Below are positions 49,607-59,348 of a stretch of DNA of 64,000 bases, in pieces. The stretch covers positions 29,890 to 93,889 of the forward strand of contig UQYF01000005.1 of assembly GCA_900545175.1 (NCBI GenBank). The letters run 5' to 3'. The position numbers and the translations under genes are program-made. Position 1 is the first letter of the stretch. Each line of letters opens with the position of its first letter. The notes below the pieces were generated by a model. That model was not told where the DNA came from, did no database searches, and saw nothing but the letters and a program-made list of their open reading frames with translations. Source of the stretch: an uncultured Eubacteriales bacterium (GTDB taxonomy: Bacteria; Bacillota; Clostridia; Lachnospirales; Lachnospiraceae).

Positions 49607-51226
49607 GTGGAAAAAAAGAGCAGGATTAATTGCAGATTCGGCTGGCGCTTTCTTAGTCTTATGCTTGTATTGATTCTATGCATGGGATGCCTTGCAGCGT
49701 GCAGTAATAATGGCTATAAGTATGAGCAGAAGCTGAACATTGTCGATGACAATTATAGGAATTATTATGAGATATTTGTCTATTCATTTTATGATTCGGA
49801 CGGTGATGGAACAGGCGATTTGAACGGTGTTACACAGAAGCTTGACTACATACAGGATATGGGGTTTAATGGTATATGGCTTATGCCGATAATGCCGTCG
49901 GACACATACCACAAGTATGATGTGAAGAACTATTGTGAAATTGATCCTAAGTATGGAACGATTGACGATTTTAAGAATCTTGTCGGTGAGGCTCATAAGA
50001 GAGGCATAAATGTAGTTATCGATATGGTAATTAACCACACCTCCTCAAGCCATAAATGGTTTATTGATGCATGCTCATATCTTAGAACGCTTGACAAGGA
50101 TAAGGAGCCGGAGGCGGCAGAATGTCCTTATGTGGAGTACTACCACTTCTCCAGAGAGAAGGTCAGTGATACCTATTACAGGGTGAGCGGCACGGACTGG
50201 TTCTATGAGGGCTCCTTCTGGTCGGAGATGCCGGATCTGAATCTGGCGTGTGAGCCTCTGATAGAGGAGCTGTACAATACTGCTGATTTCTGGCTGGATA
50301 TGGGAGTGGACGGTTTCAGAATGGACGCAGCAATGCACTTTGAGGAGAATCAGCCAGAGTTCAATGAGCAGGTTCTGAACGGATTGTATGAACACTGCCG
50401 TGAAAAGAATCCTGATTTCTATATGGTGTCTGAGGTATGGGCAGGTTTCAGCACCGTAAGGGACTATTATGCGAGCAGGACACCTAGCATGTTCAATTTC
50501 GATGCGGGAAATAATGAGGGAAAGCTTATAAAGACTGCCAGAGGAGCACTCAAGGCGGCGGCATTAGCCGGCGCAATGGTGAGATACCAGAATGAATTCT
50601 CACAGATTAATCCTGATTATATTGATGCGCCGTTTCTGACTAACCATGACATGGGAAGAGTTTCCAATGCTCTTATGAATGATGAGAATGATATCAAGAT
50701 GGCAGGAGGTCTTCTCATGATGATGAGCGGAAGTCCGTTTGTCTATTATGGTGAGGAGATAGGAATGGCAAGCTTAGGATCTAAGGATGAGAACAAGAGA
50801 CTTCCTATGATATGGTCATCGGATGCATCTGTAAAAGGAATGACAGCAGGTCCTGCCGATGCTGATGAAGGAATTACATCGGCATTTGAAGCTGTAGATA
50901 AACAGCTTAAGGATAAGAATTCAATACTTAATTATTATAAGAGGGCACTGAGGCTAAGAAATGAGAACCCTGAGATTGCAAGAGGAGTTATAGAGCTTGT
51001 GGACAGTCTGTGTGACGGAAATCAGGCAGCTATAACAAAGAGTTATAATGGAAGCACAATAGGAATCGTATATAATACATCAGATGATGAGATAAGTGTC
51101 AATATTGCAGGAACAGTGCTTTCGGATATGGGAATCCGTGGGTATCTTACACTTAATAATGAGAAGATTACATTAAAGGACGGTATTCTTGTGATGCCGT
51201 CACAGTCGATATGTATTCTTAAATAG
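49607..51226 (+). CDS. GH13 alpha-amylase-family lipoprotein (alpha-glucosidase / oligo-1,6-glucosidase / neopullulanase-like)
   Basis: GH13 regions I-IV (VIDMVINHTS, GVDGFRMDAA, EVWA, LTNHD); lipobox LAAC. Confidence 0.8.
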   Translation: MEKKSRINCRFGWRFLSLMLVLILCMGCLAACSNNGYKYEQKLNIVDDNYRNYYEIFVYSFYDSDGDGTGDLNGVTQKLDYIQDMGFNGIWLMPIMPSDTYHKYDVKNYCEIDPKYGTIDDFKNLVGEAHKRGINVVIDMVINHTSSSHKWFIDACSYLRTLDKDKEPEAAECPYVEYYHFSREKVSDTYYRVSGTDWFYEGSFWSEMPDLNLACEPLIEELYNTADFWLDMGVDGFRMDAAMHFEENQPEFNEQVLNGLYEHCREKNPDFYMVSEVWAGFSTVRDYYASRTPSMFNFDAGNNEGKLIKTARGALKAAALAGAMVRYQNEFSQINPDYIDAPFLTNHDMGRVSNALMNDENDIKMAGGLLMMMSGSPFVYYGEEIGMASLGSKDENKRLPMIWSSDASVKGMTAGPADADEGITSAFEAVDKQLKDKNSILNYYKRALRLRNENPEIARGVIELVDSLCDGNQAAITKSYNGSTIGIVYNTSDDEISVNIAGTVLSDMGIRGYLTLNNEKITLKDGILVMPSQSICILK

Positions 51227-51314
51227 AGTTAAAACAGAATGGTTCCGGATATGCATAAGCTATGCTGTGCACAATATTCCGGGATACATCCGAAGTATGA
51301 TAAGGAGGCAGATT

Positions 51315-52796
51315 ATGAGACAGGTAGGTATGCTTATGCCTGTTGCTTCCCTTCCGGGAAGACATGGTATAGGTGATTTTGGAAAGGAAAGTTATCATTT
51401 TGTTGATTTGCTTAAGGAGGCAAAGGCAGCTATATGGCAGATGCTTCCGTTAAATCCCCTTGGATATGGCAATTCGCCGTATCAGCCATATTCTTCATGT
51501 GCCGGGGATGAGATTTATATAAGTCTTGATAAGCTGTGCGAGGAGGGGCTTTTAAAGAGAGTACCTGATTTTCACGCTAATGCGTCACATATTGACTATC
51601 AGGCTGTCAGGGCTTTTAAGGGAAAGTATCTTAGAAAAGCTTTTGAGAAATTTAAGCCTGATGCTGGGTACAGGAAATTCATAAAAATGGAATGGGTATA
51701 TAATTATGCTGTATTCCTAACATTAAAAAAGCAGAATAATCTTGTGGCATGGAATGAGTGGCCGATTAAGCAGCAGAACTGGATAAAGGATCACGAATAT
51801 GACCTCACACCGCTTAAGGAGGACATCGAGTACGAAATGTTCGTCCAGTATGAATTCTATAAGCAGTGGATGGAGCTTAAAAAATATGCCAACAAAAAAG
51901 GAATAAAGGTTATGGGAGATATTCCGATATATGTTGGAATAGATTCGCTTGATGTGTGGTCAGGTCAGGAGAACTTTCTTCTCGGAGCTGACGGAAAGCC
52001 GACATTTATCGCAGGAGTACCACCTGATTATTTCAGTGCGACAGGTCAAAGATGGGGAAATCCAATATATGACTGGGACTATATGGAAAAAGATGGCTTT
52101 AGGTTCTGGTTAAATAGACTTGATTACAGCAGTAAGCTCTTTGATATCATAAGAATAGACCATTTCAGGGCATTCGACAGCTATTGGAAAATTCCGGCAG
52201 AATGTGAGACTGCGGTTGACGGAGAGTGGAATTACGCTCCGGGTTATAAGCTTTTTGATACTATATTCAAGGAGATGCCGGATATCAATATCATTGTTGA
52301 GGATTTGGGTGATTTAAGACCTGAGGTATTGGAGTTAAGAGACCATTACGGCTTTAAGGGAATGAGAATCGTACAGTTTTGTTTTACAGAAAATGATGTG
52401 GCTGACGGTGAATATACAGATACTCATAATCTTGTTTTGTACACAGGAACACACGACAACGATACGATAAATGGCTGGTATAAGAGCCTTTCAAGAAAAG
52501 AGCAGAACCGGACAAGAAAATTCTTAGACAAAGCGGGAATACCTGATGGCCCGGTTTCATGGAGAATGGTTTCGTTTACTCTTTCACAGGACTGCTATAT
52601 GGCAATACTTCCTTACCAGGATGTATGTGATTTAGGAGCGAAGACAAGGCTTAATCTTCCGGGAACGCTCGGTTCGCCTAACTGGGAGTGGAAAGCGAAG
52701 AAGCTTGATGATTTAGCAGCGAGGACAGAAGCGTTTGCGGCACTTGTAAAGCATCCTGTGAAGCGTCCTTCGCATAAGAATAAAAAGCAGGCATAG
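51315..52796 (+). CDS. malQ: 4-alpha-glucanotransferase (amylomaltase, GH77)
   Basis: GMLMPVASLPG...GIGDFG N-terminus, catalytic-region motifs (RIDHFRAF, WGNP); AGGAGG RBS. Confidence 0.85.
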   Translation: MRQVGMLMPVASLPGRHGIGDFGKESYHFVDLLKEAKAAIWQMLPLNPLGYGNSPYQPYSSCAGDEIYISLDKLCEEGLLKRVPDFHANASHIDYQAVRAFKGKYLRKAFEKFKPDAGYRKFIKMEWVYNYAVFLTLKKQNNLVAWNEWPIKQQNWIKDHEYDLTPLKEDIEYEMFVQYEFYKQWMELKKYANKKGIKVMGDIPIYVGIDSLDVWSGQENFLLGADGKPTFIAGVPPDYFSATGQRWGNPIYDWDYMEKDGFRFWLNRLDYSSKLFDIIRIDHFRAFDSYWKIPAECETAVDGEWNYAPGYKLFDTIFKEMPDINIIVEDLGDLRPEVLELRDHYGFKGMRIVQFCFTENDVADGEYTDTHNLVLYTGTHDNDTINGWYKSLSRKEQNRTRKFLDKAGIPDGPVSWRMVSFTLSQDCYMAILPYQDVCDLGAKTRLNLPGTLGSPNWEWKAKKLDDLAARTEAFAALVKHPVKRPSHKNKKQA

Positions 52797-52885
52797 TATT
52801 ACATAAGAAAAATAGCGCAGATTGTTGTTATGACGTTAAAAGAACCTTCATATACTTTTAGAAGTAAAGTATATGGAGGTTTTTT

Positions 52886-53239
52886 GTGGGCAAAATTATA
52901 CAGGTGTTAAAGATTGCAGCGGCTGCAGTTGTCGTTTCGATAATATTATTGCTGCTCGGAGCTTTTATTTCATATAAGCTGCGGCTGTCGGACGCACAGA
53001 TATCACTCTTTGCGGCTGCGATATATGCAGTGGGAGCGTTCATAGCCGGGTTTGGGACAGGGCGGCTGAAAAAAGAAAAGCGCCTGCTGTGGGGGCTGTG
53101 TGCCGGAGTGTTATACTTTTGTGTTATTCTTCTTGTGTCGATTGTCTCGGGAATGGGACTGCGCTTAGATGCAGGCAGGCTTATAAAATGTGTGATAATC
53201 TGTCTCGCATCAGGAGCTGCTGGTGGAATTATCGGATAG
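52886..53239 (+). CDS. Small hypothetical membrane protein (3 TM)
   Basis: 117 aa, hydrophobic helices, GGxxG-rich. Confidence 0.45.
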   Translation: MGKIIQVLKIAAAAVVVSIILLLLGAFISYKLRLSDAQISLFAAAIYAVGAFIAGFGTGRLKKEKRLLWGLCAGVLYFCVILLVSIVSGMGLRLDAGRLIKCVIICLASGAAGGIIG

Positions 53240-53255
53240 AAAAATAAAAAAACTA

Positions 53256-53284
53256 TTGACAAATTCAATAAGTTAGATTATAAT
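53256..53284 (+). promoter_or_regulatory. Consensus sigma-A promoter TTGACA-N17-TATAAT (orphan; no ORF follows)
   Basis: Exact consensus hexamers and spacing, read directly. Confidence 0.6.
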
Positions 53285-53337
53285 ACATATTGTTAGTGAT
53301 AACTAACCACGTACATAACATACATAATTCTTCTAAA

Positions 53338-53368
53338 AATGGCAGGGAATAGGGCACCCTGCCATTTT
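53338..53368 (+). terminator. Intrinsic terminator about 55 nt downstream of the orphan promoter
   Basis: GGCAGGG-loop-CCCTGCC followed by ATTTT. Confidence 0.6.
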
Positions 53369-53564
53369 GCTGTTAATCAATAGGAATCAGATAATCATCA
53401 ATTAATATATCAATGTATTCACACACAAATAATGCTTGAAAAAAATAAAAAATAAAAAAGGATTTTTTGTTTTGGACAAAGTATATAGAAATAGAGGCTG
53501 TTTTTGGGAAAGGAAATACAGCCGGTATAAATAATCCGCAATATAAGGAGCTTGGAGAAGAAAA

Positions 53565-55382
53565 TTGATCTATTCGGATGATATTATTGAGGAGGTCAGA
53601 GGGCGAAGTGACATTGTAGATGTCATATCGGGGTATGTCAGGCTGACCAGAAAGGGAAGTTCATATTTTGGACTTTGCCCTTTTCATAATGAAAAGTCAC
53701 CTTCATTTTCTGTGTCGGGTTCAAAACAGATGTTTTATTGTTTTGGCTGCGGTGAGGGAGGAAATGTATTTTCATTTATAATGAAATATGAGAATTATAC
53801 TTTTCCGGAAGCAGTGAAGATGTTAGCGGACAGAGCAGGTGTACAGCTTCCGGAAGTCTCAATGTCACCGGAGGAGAGAAAGCAGCAGGATATCAAGTCT
53901 CAGCTCTACGATATCAATAAGGAAGCTGCCATGTTCTATTACAGAATGCTCAAATCTCCCGGTGGTAAGAGAGCATATGAATATTTTAAGGATAAACGTA
54001 TGCTCACGGATGAGACTATAGTGCATTTCGGGTTAGGAGCGTCAGGCACATATAAAGATGAACTGTACCGCTATATGAAAAGTAGAGGCTACAGTGATGA
54101 ACTGCTAAGAGAGACGGGTCTTTTTATTTACAATGAAAAAGAAGTAAGAGACAGGTTCTTTAACAGGGCAATGTTTCCGATTATGAATCAGGCTAATAAA
54201 GTCATAGGCTTCGGCGGGAGAGTCATGGGAGATGGGGAACCTAAATATCTCAATTCTCCGGAGACTAAGATATTTGACAAGAGCAGAAATCTGTTCGGTC
54301 TTAATCTGGCACGAAGCTCAAGAAAGAAGAACATGATAATCTGTGAAGGCTATATGGATGTCATAGCTATGCATCAGGCGGGCTTTGATCAGGCTGTAGC
54401 TTCACTCGGAACAGCTCTTACTACCGGACATGCGTCTCTTATGAAGAGATATACGAATGATGTTTTGGTATGCTATGACAGTGACGGAGCCGGAACTAAG
54501 GCCGCGATAAGAGCTATAGGGATGTTAAGGGGAGCCGGCTTGAGAACTAAAGTCATCGATATGAAGCCATACAAGGATCCTGATGAGTTTATCAAAAATC
54601 TGGGTGCACAGGCATTTCAGGAGAGGATTGACAATGCTAAGAACAGCTTTATGTTCGAGCTGTCAGTGCTTGAAAGAGAGTACGAGCTTGGTGACCCTGA
54701 TGGAAGAACGGCATTTTTAAATGAAGCGGCTAAGAAGTTGGTTGATTTTTCTGATGAAGTAGAGAGAAATAACTATATTGCAACAGTTGCATCTGAATAT
54801 CATATAAGTGTTGACAGCCTCACGAGACTTGTTGGAAAATGGGCGGCACATGAGCTTGCAGCGGGAAAAAGAGATAACAGAAATGATTATAACAGCGCTG
54901 AGAAACAGGCTGCGGCTTTTGGCGGTGAGAACAGGAGCCGTGTAAAGGCATCCGGCGTGTCAGAGAAAGACGACGGAATAAAGAAGGCACAGAGACTGCT
55001 TCTTACATGGCTAATTGAGGAGCCGAAGTTATATGTACCTGTGTCTAAGCATGTGAGACCTGATGATTTTACTGAGGAGTTATACTATAAGGTAGCACTT
55101 ATTTTGTTCGACCAGTTTGAAAAAGGAGAGCTTAATCCCGCAAAAATAATATCGAGCTTTACAGAGGAGGAGAGCCACAGGGAGGTTGCAAGGCTGTTTA
55201 ATACCGAGCTTCCGGGTGACTTAGAAATGCGGGATAAAAATAAGGCGCTTGATGATATCGTGAAAAGGATTGTTACTAACAGCCTTGACATTAAATCAAA
55301 GAATGTGCGTGATATCAGCGAGCTGCAACAGATAAAGCAGAAGCAGAGTGCGGTAAATACATTGCATATTTCATTGAACTAA
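53565..55382 (+). CDS. dnaG: DNA primase
   Basis: Zinc-ribbon CPFHNEKSPSFSVS...CFGCGEGG, TOPRIM domain; TTG start; followed by sigA. Confidence 0.9.
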   Translation: MIYSDDIIEEVRGRSDIVDVISGYVRLTRKGSSYFGLCPFHNEKSPSFSVSGSKQMFYCFGCGEGGNVFSFIMKYENYTFPEAVKMLADRAGVQLPEVSMSPEERKQQDIKSQLYDINKEAAMFYYRMLKSPGGKRAYEYFKDKRMLTDETIVHFGLGASGTYKDELYRYMKSRGYSDELLRETGLFIYNEKEVRDRFFNRAMFPIMNQANKVIGFGGRVMGDGEPKYLNSPETKIFDKSRNLFGLNLARSSRKKNMIICEGYMDVIAMHQAGFDQAVASLGTALTTGHASLMKRYTNDVLVCYDSDGAGTKAAIRAIGMLRGAGLRTKVIDMKPYKDPDEFIKNLGAQAFQERIDNAKNSFMFELSVLEREYELGDPDGRTAFLNEAAKKLVDFSDEVERNNYIATVASEYHISVDSLTRLVGKWAAHELAAGKRDNRNDYNSAEKQAAAFGGENRSRVKASGVSEKDDGIKKAQRLLLTWLIEEPKLYVPVSKHVRPDDFTEELYYKVALILFDQFEKGELNPAKIISSFTEEESHREVARLFNTELPGDLEMRDKNKALDDIVKRIVTNSLDIKSKNVRDISELQQIKQKQSAVNTLHISLN

Positions 55383-55415
55383 GGGAAAAATAAGATTAAT
55401 TATGGAAGGACGGAC

Positions 55416-56528
55416 ATGACCATGGATGAGAACATGTTGAAATTTGATGAAAAATTAAAGGAACTTCTTGCTGCCGCAAAGAAAAAGAAAAACACGCTTG
55501 ATTATCAGGAGATTATGGATGCATTTGCAGAGATAGACCTTGATCCTGATAAGATGGACAAGATTTTTGATTTCCTTGAGGCAAGCAATATCGATATTAT
55601 CCGTACAACGGATGATGATATAGATGATGAGCCGATTCTGCTTGACGATGATGACGATATCGATATAGAGAAGATTGATTTATCTATACCTGAGGGAGTC
55701 AGCATTGAAGACCCTGTCAGAATGTACTTAAAGGAGATTGGTAAAGTGCCGCTTCTTTCTGCCGAGGAGGAGATTGAGCTTGCAAAGAGAATGGAGAATG
55801 GCGACCAGAATGCCAAGAAGAGACTTGCTGAGGCCAACCTTCGTCTTGTTGTAAGTATTGCAAAGAGATATGTAGGAAGGGGCATGCTTTTCCTCGACCT
55901 TATTCAGGAAGGTAATTTAGGTCTTATAAAGGCTGTTGAAAAATTTGATTATCGTAAAGGCTACAAGTTCTCGACATATGCTACATGGTGGATTCGTCAG
56001 GCTATAACAAGAGCTATTGCAGATCAGGCGAGAACAATCAGAATACCGGTTCATATGGTTGAGACGATCAATAAGCTTATTCGCGTGTCAAGACAGCTCT
56101 TACAGGAGCTTGGCAGAGAGCCGTCACCTGAAGAGATAGCAGCAGAGATGGATATGCCTGTTGAGAGAGTAAGAGAGATTTTAAAGATTTCCCAGGAGCC
56201 TGTTTCAATGGAGACACCTATCGGTGAGGAGGAAGACAGCCATCTTGGTGATTTCATTGAGGATGACAATGTTCCGGCTCCTGCTGAGGCAGCAGCATTT
56301 ACGCTTCTTAAGGAACAGCTCGATGAAGTGCTTTCAACACTCACAGACCGTGAGCAGAAGGTATTAAGACTCAGATTCGGTCTTGAGGACGGAAGAGCGA
56401 GAACCCTTGAAGAGGTAGGAAAAGAGTTCAAGGTAACAAGGGAGCGTATCAGACAGATAGAGGCAAAGGCTCTAAGAAAGCTTCGTCACCCAAGCAGAAG
56501 CCGCAAGCTTAAGGACTATCTTGACTAA
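55416..56528 (+). CDS. sigA: RNA polymerase primary sigma factor (sigma-70/SigA)
   Basis: Acidic region 1.1, regions 2-4 ([36 protein letters not shown], region 4 HTH). Confidence 0.9.
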   Translation: MTMDENMLKFDEKLKELLAAAKKKKNTLDYQEIMDAFAEIDLDPDKMDKIFDFLEASNIDIIRTTDDDIDDEPILLDDDDDIDIEKIDLSIPEGVSIEDPVRMYLKEIGKVPLLSAEEEIELAKRMENGDQNAKKRLAEANLRLVVSIAKRYVGRGMLFLDLIQEGNLGLIKAVEKFDYRKGYKFSTYATWWIRQAITRAIADQARTIRIPVHMVETINKLIRVSRQLLQELGREPSPEEIAAEMDMPVERVREILKISQEPVSMETPIGEEEDSHLGDFIEDDNVPAPAEAAAFTLLKEQLDEVLSTLTDREQKVLRLRFGLEDGRARTLEEVGKEFKVTRERIRQIEAKALRKLRHPSRSRKLKDYLD

Positions 56529-57277
56529 TGGAAAAATTTAAAAGTCCTGTCAGGATGTCCATGAGACTACATAAGGTAGCCGATATGATAACACCGGGGC
56601 TTACAGTCGCCGATATCGGGACAGATCATGGATATATTCCGATATATCAGGTTCTGACAGGCGGTTCGGATTATGCATATGCATGTGATGTAGCTGAAGG
56701 ACCGCTAGGAAGAGCGAAAGACAATGTAAGCTTGTATAATGTGGGTGACAGAGTGCAGACTGTGTTGTCAGACGGCCTTAAGGGGCTTATAGGAATCACA
56801 CAGCACAAGCCGGAGTCGATAGTCATTGCAGGAATGGGCGGAACATTAATATGCCGCATATTAAATGAGGGAGCCGTTGTGGCAGAACAGGCAAAGGAGC
56901 TTGTATTGTCGCCACATTCCGAGTGGTATGAAGTCAGATGTTTTCTGATGGATAAAGGCTATGAGATTATCGACGAGGATATGCTTAAGGAAGACGGAAA
57001 ATACTATGTGATAATAAAGGCTGTTCCTGTATGCAGAACCGATTCAGATATACACGATGTAGATTATGATGAAGATGAACTGCACTACGGAGCGGCACTT
57101 ATAAAGAAAAAACATCCGGTTCTTGTGGAGTTTATCCACAAGGAATTAGATACATGTTCTAAGATAAAGCATAACCTTATTGAAAACGGCGGCAGTACAT
57201 CGTTAGAAAAGCTTGCTGTGTTTGAAAATAAGGAGAATAGTCTCAGGAGAGTATTAGACAGAATAATGGAGGTATAA
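56528..57277 (+). CDS. trmK: tRNA (adenine22-N1)-methyltransferase TrmK (YqfN-like)
   Basis: SAM-MTase motif VADIGTDHGYIP; conserved position after sigA as in Bacillus. Confidence 0.7.
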   Translation: MEKFKSPVRMSMRLHKVADMITPGLTVADIGTDHGYIPIYQVLTGGSDYAYACDVAEGPLGRAKDNVSLYNVGDRVQTVLSDGLKGLIGITQHKPESIVIAGMGGTLICRILNEGAVVAEQAKELVLSPHSEWYEVRCFLMDKGYEIIDEDMLKEDGKYYVIIKAVPVCRTDSDIHDVDYDEDELHYGAALIKKKHPVLVEFIHKELDTCSKIKHNLIENGGSTSLEKLAVFENKENSLRRVLDRIMEV

Positions 57278-57280
57278 TGT

Positions 57281-58888
57281 ATGAATCTTATGGAGGCAGC
57301 ATTAGAAGCACAGAGCAGATATCCGCATAAGATTGTGCTTGCAAGAGCGGATGGCAAGCTCTGTGAGCTTTCTGACAATATATTTGTTGAAGATACACGT
57401 AATTATGAGTGGGTGACAACAGCTGATACGTCAGGAATGCAGACATACAGAAGAAGTGTCACATTGCTCATGTTAAAGGCTGTAAGGGATGTGTATGGCA
57501 GGGAAGTGAAGGTATGTGTTGAGTACTCGTTAAGCCGTGGCTATTATTGCAGCGTGTCAGGAAATGTAAAGGTTGACAGTGTATTTATAGAAAAAGTGTC
57601 AGAGAGAATGAGAGAGCTTGTGGACAGAGCTCTTCCTTTTACAAAATTTACAGTAGGTCTGGATGAGGCTATAAGAATATTCCATGAGGAAGAGATGTAT
57701 GACAAGGAGAAGCTTTTCAGATACCGCCGTGCATCGAGGGTCAATCTCTATGAGCTTGATGGCTACAGGGATTATTTCTATGGATATATGGTTCCGGATA
57801 CAAGCTATCTTACAGTGTGGGAATTGTTCTTATATGATAAGGGCTTCGTTTTGCAGCTTCCTGAGAAGAATGCACCGGAAGAGCTTCCGGAATTTAATCC
57901 GCAGAATAAGCTTTTTCATGTCCTTGATGAGTCGACTAAGTTGGCAGCTAAGCTCGGTATAGCAAATGTTGGAGATTTGAATGATGCTGTGGCAAGCGGT
58001 GAGATTAATGAGCTGATTCTGGTGCAGGAGGCGCTGCAGGAGAAGAATATCGCAGATATTGCTGAGGATATTGCATCAAGACCTGAAGTGAAATTCGTGA
58101 TGATAGCGGGACCATCGTCGTCAGGAAAGACGACATTTTCGCACAGGCTGTCGATACAGCTTAGAACCCAGGGGTTAAGACCGCATCCTATAGGACTCGA
58201 TGATTATTTTGTCAACAGAGAGAATACACCTAAGGATGAGGATGGAAATTATAATTTTGAATGCCTTGAAGCGATTGATGTAGAGCAGTTTAACAGCGAT
58301 ATGACAAGGCTTCTTGCCGGCGAGGAGGTTGAACTTCCGACATTCAATTTTAAAACCGGGCGCAGGGAGTACAAAGGAAATATTAAGAAATTAGGACCTG
58401 ATGACATTCTTGTGATAGAGGGTATTCACGGACTTAATGATAAGCTTTCACATTCACTTGATAAGAAAAATAAGTACAAGATATATATAAGTGCACTGAC
58501 TCAGCTTAATGTTGATGAGCATAACAGAATACCTACCACAGACGGCAGACTGATAAGGCGTATGGTCAGAGATGCCAGAACAAGAGGCACGAATGCAAAA
58601 GGAACCATTGCAATGTGGGATTCTGTAAGGAAAGGTGAGGAGAAGAATATTTTTCCTTATCAGGAGACAGCAGATGCGATGTTCAATTCGGCAATGTTAT
58701 ATGAGCTGGCAGTGTTAAAGCCATATGCTGAGCCGGCACTTTTTGGCATAAGACCGGGAGAGCCGGAGTATGAGGAGGCAAAGAGACTGCTTAAATTCCT
58801 TGACTATTTTCTCACAGTCGGTAGCGAAGAGCTTCCGAAAAATTCAATTATCAGGGAGTTTGTAGGAGGAAGCTGCTTTAAAGTATAA
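57281..58888 (+). CDS. P-loop nucleoside/uridine-kinase-family protein with an extra N-terminal domain
   Basis: Walker A IAGPSSSGKTTF in the central region; ~535 aa. Confidence 0.55.
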   Translation: MNLMEAALEAQSRYPHKIVLARADGKLCELSDNIFVEDTRNYEWVTTADTSGMQTYRRSVTLLMLKAVRDVYGREVKVCVEYSLSRGYYCSVSGNVKVDSVFIEKVSERMRELVDRALPFTKFTVGLDEAIRIFHEEEMYDKEKLFRYRRASRVNLYELDGYRDYFYGYMVPDTSYLTVWELFLYDKGFVLQLPEKNAPEELPEFNPQNKLFHVLDESTKLAAKLGIANVGDLNDAVASGEINELILVQEALQEKNIADIAEDIASRPEVKFVMIAGPSSSGKTTFSHRLSIQLRTQGLRPHPIGLDDYFVNRENTPKDEDGNYNFECLEAIDVEQFNSDMTRLLAGEEVELPTFNFKTGRREYKGNIKKLGPDDILVIEGIHGLNDKLSHSLDKKNKYKIYISALTQLNVDEHNRIPTTDGRLIRRMVRDARTRGTNAKGTIAMWDSVRKGEEKNIFPYQETADAMFNSAMLYELAVLKPYAEPALFGIRPGEPEYEEAKRLLKFLDYFLTVGSEELPKNSIIREFVGGSCFKV

Positions 58889-58949
58889 AAAAATATAGAC
58901 AAAACAGATGAATTTTGTTTACTTTTTGGCTAAGAAATGTTAAAATAAT

Positions 58950-59320
58950 GTCTACCAGTTGGCTGAATAATCGCGGCTGCATATGTCGAAAGACCGCAGG
59001 TGAGGAAAGTCCGGGCTTCATAGGGCAGGATGCCGGATAACGTCCGGTGGAGGTGACTCTAAGACCAGTGCAACAGAAATATACCGCCACAGGCGTAATG
59101 CCGAGGCTCCGCAAGGACGTGGTAAGGGCGGAAGGGCAGTGTAAGAGACTACCGCCTGTCTGGTAACAGACAGGGCACATGTAAACTCCATCCGAAGCAA
59201 GACCGAATAAGAGACAGTGACGTGGCCCGCCAGTCTCAGGTTGGTCGCTTGAACCTGTTGGCAACAGCAGGTCTAGATAGATGATTATTCACGACATAAC
59301 CCGGCTTACAGGCTGACTGG
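58950..59320 (+). ncRNA. rnpB: RNase P RNA (bacterial type B)
   Basis: GAGGAAAGTCCGGGCTTCATAGGGCAGGATGCCGGATAACGTCCGG (P4 5' strand) ... AGGGCGGAAGGGCAG ... ACATAACCCGGCTTACAGG (P4 3' strand); P1 pairing of CCAGTTGGCTG with CAGGCTGACTGG. Confidence 0.85.
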
Positions 59321-59348
59321 TGGTTATTTACCAATAGGAGATTTTTCG

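Noticed and set aside
58878-59264. Minus-strand ORFs of 128 aa and 60 aa (58878-59264, 59018-59200)
   Set aside because: They lie entirely within the RNase P RNA gene on the opposite strand. They are spurious translations of a structured, GC-rich ncRNA.
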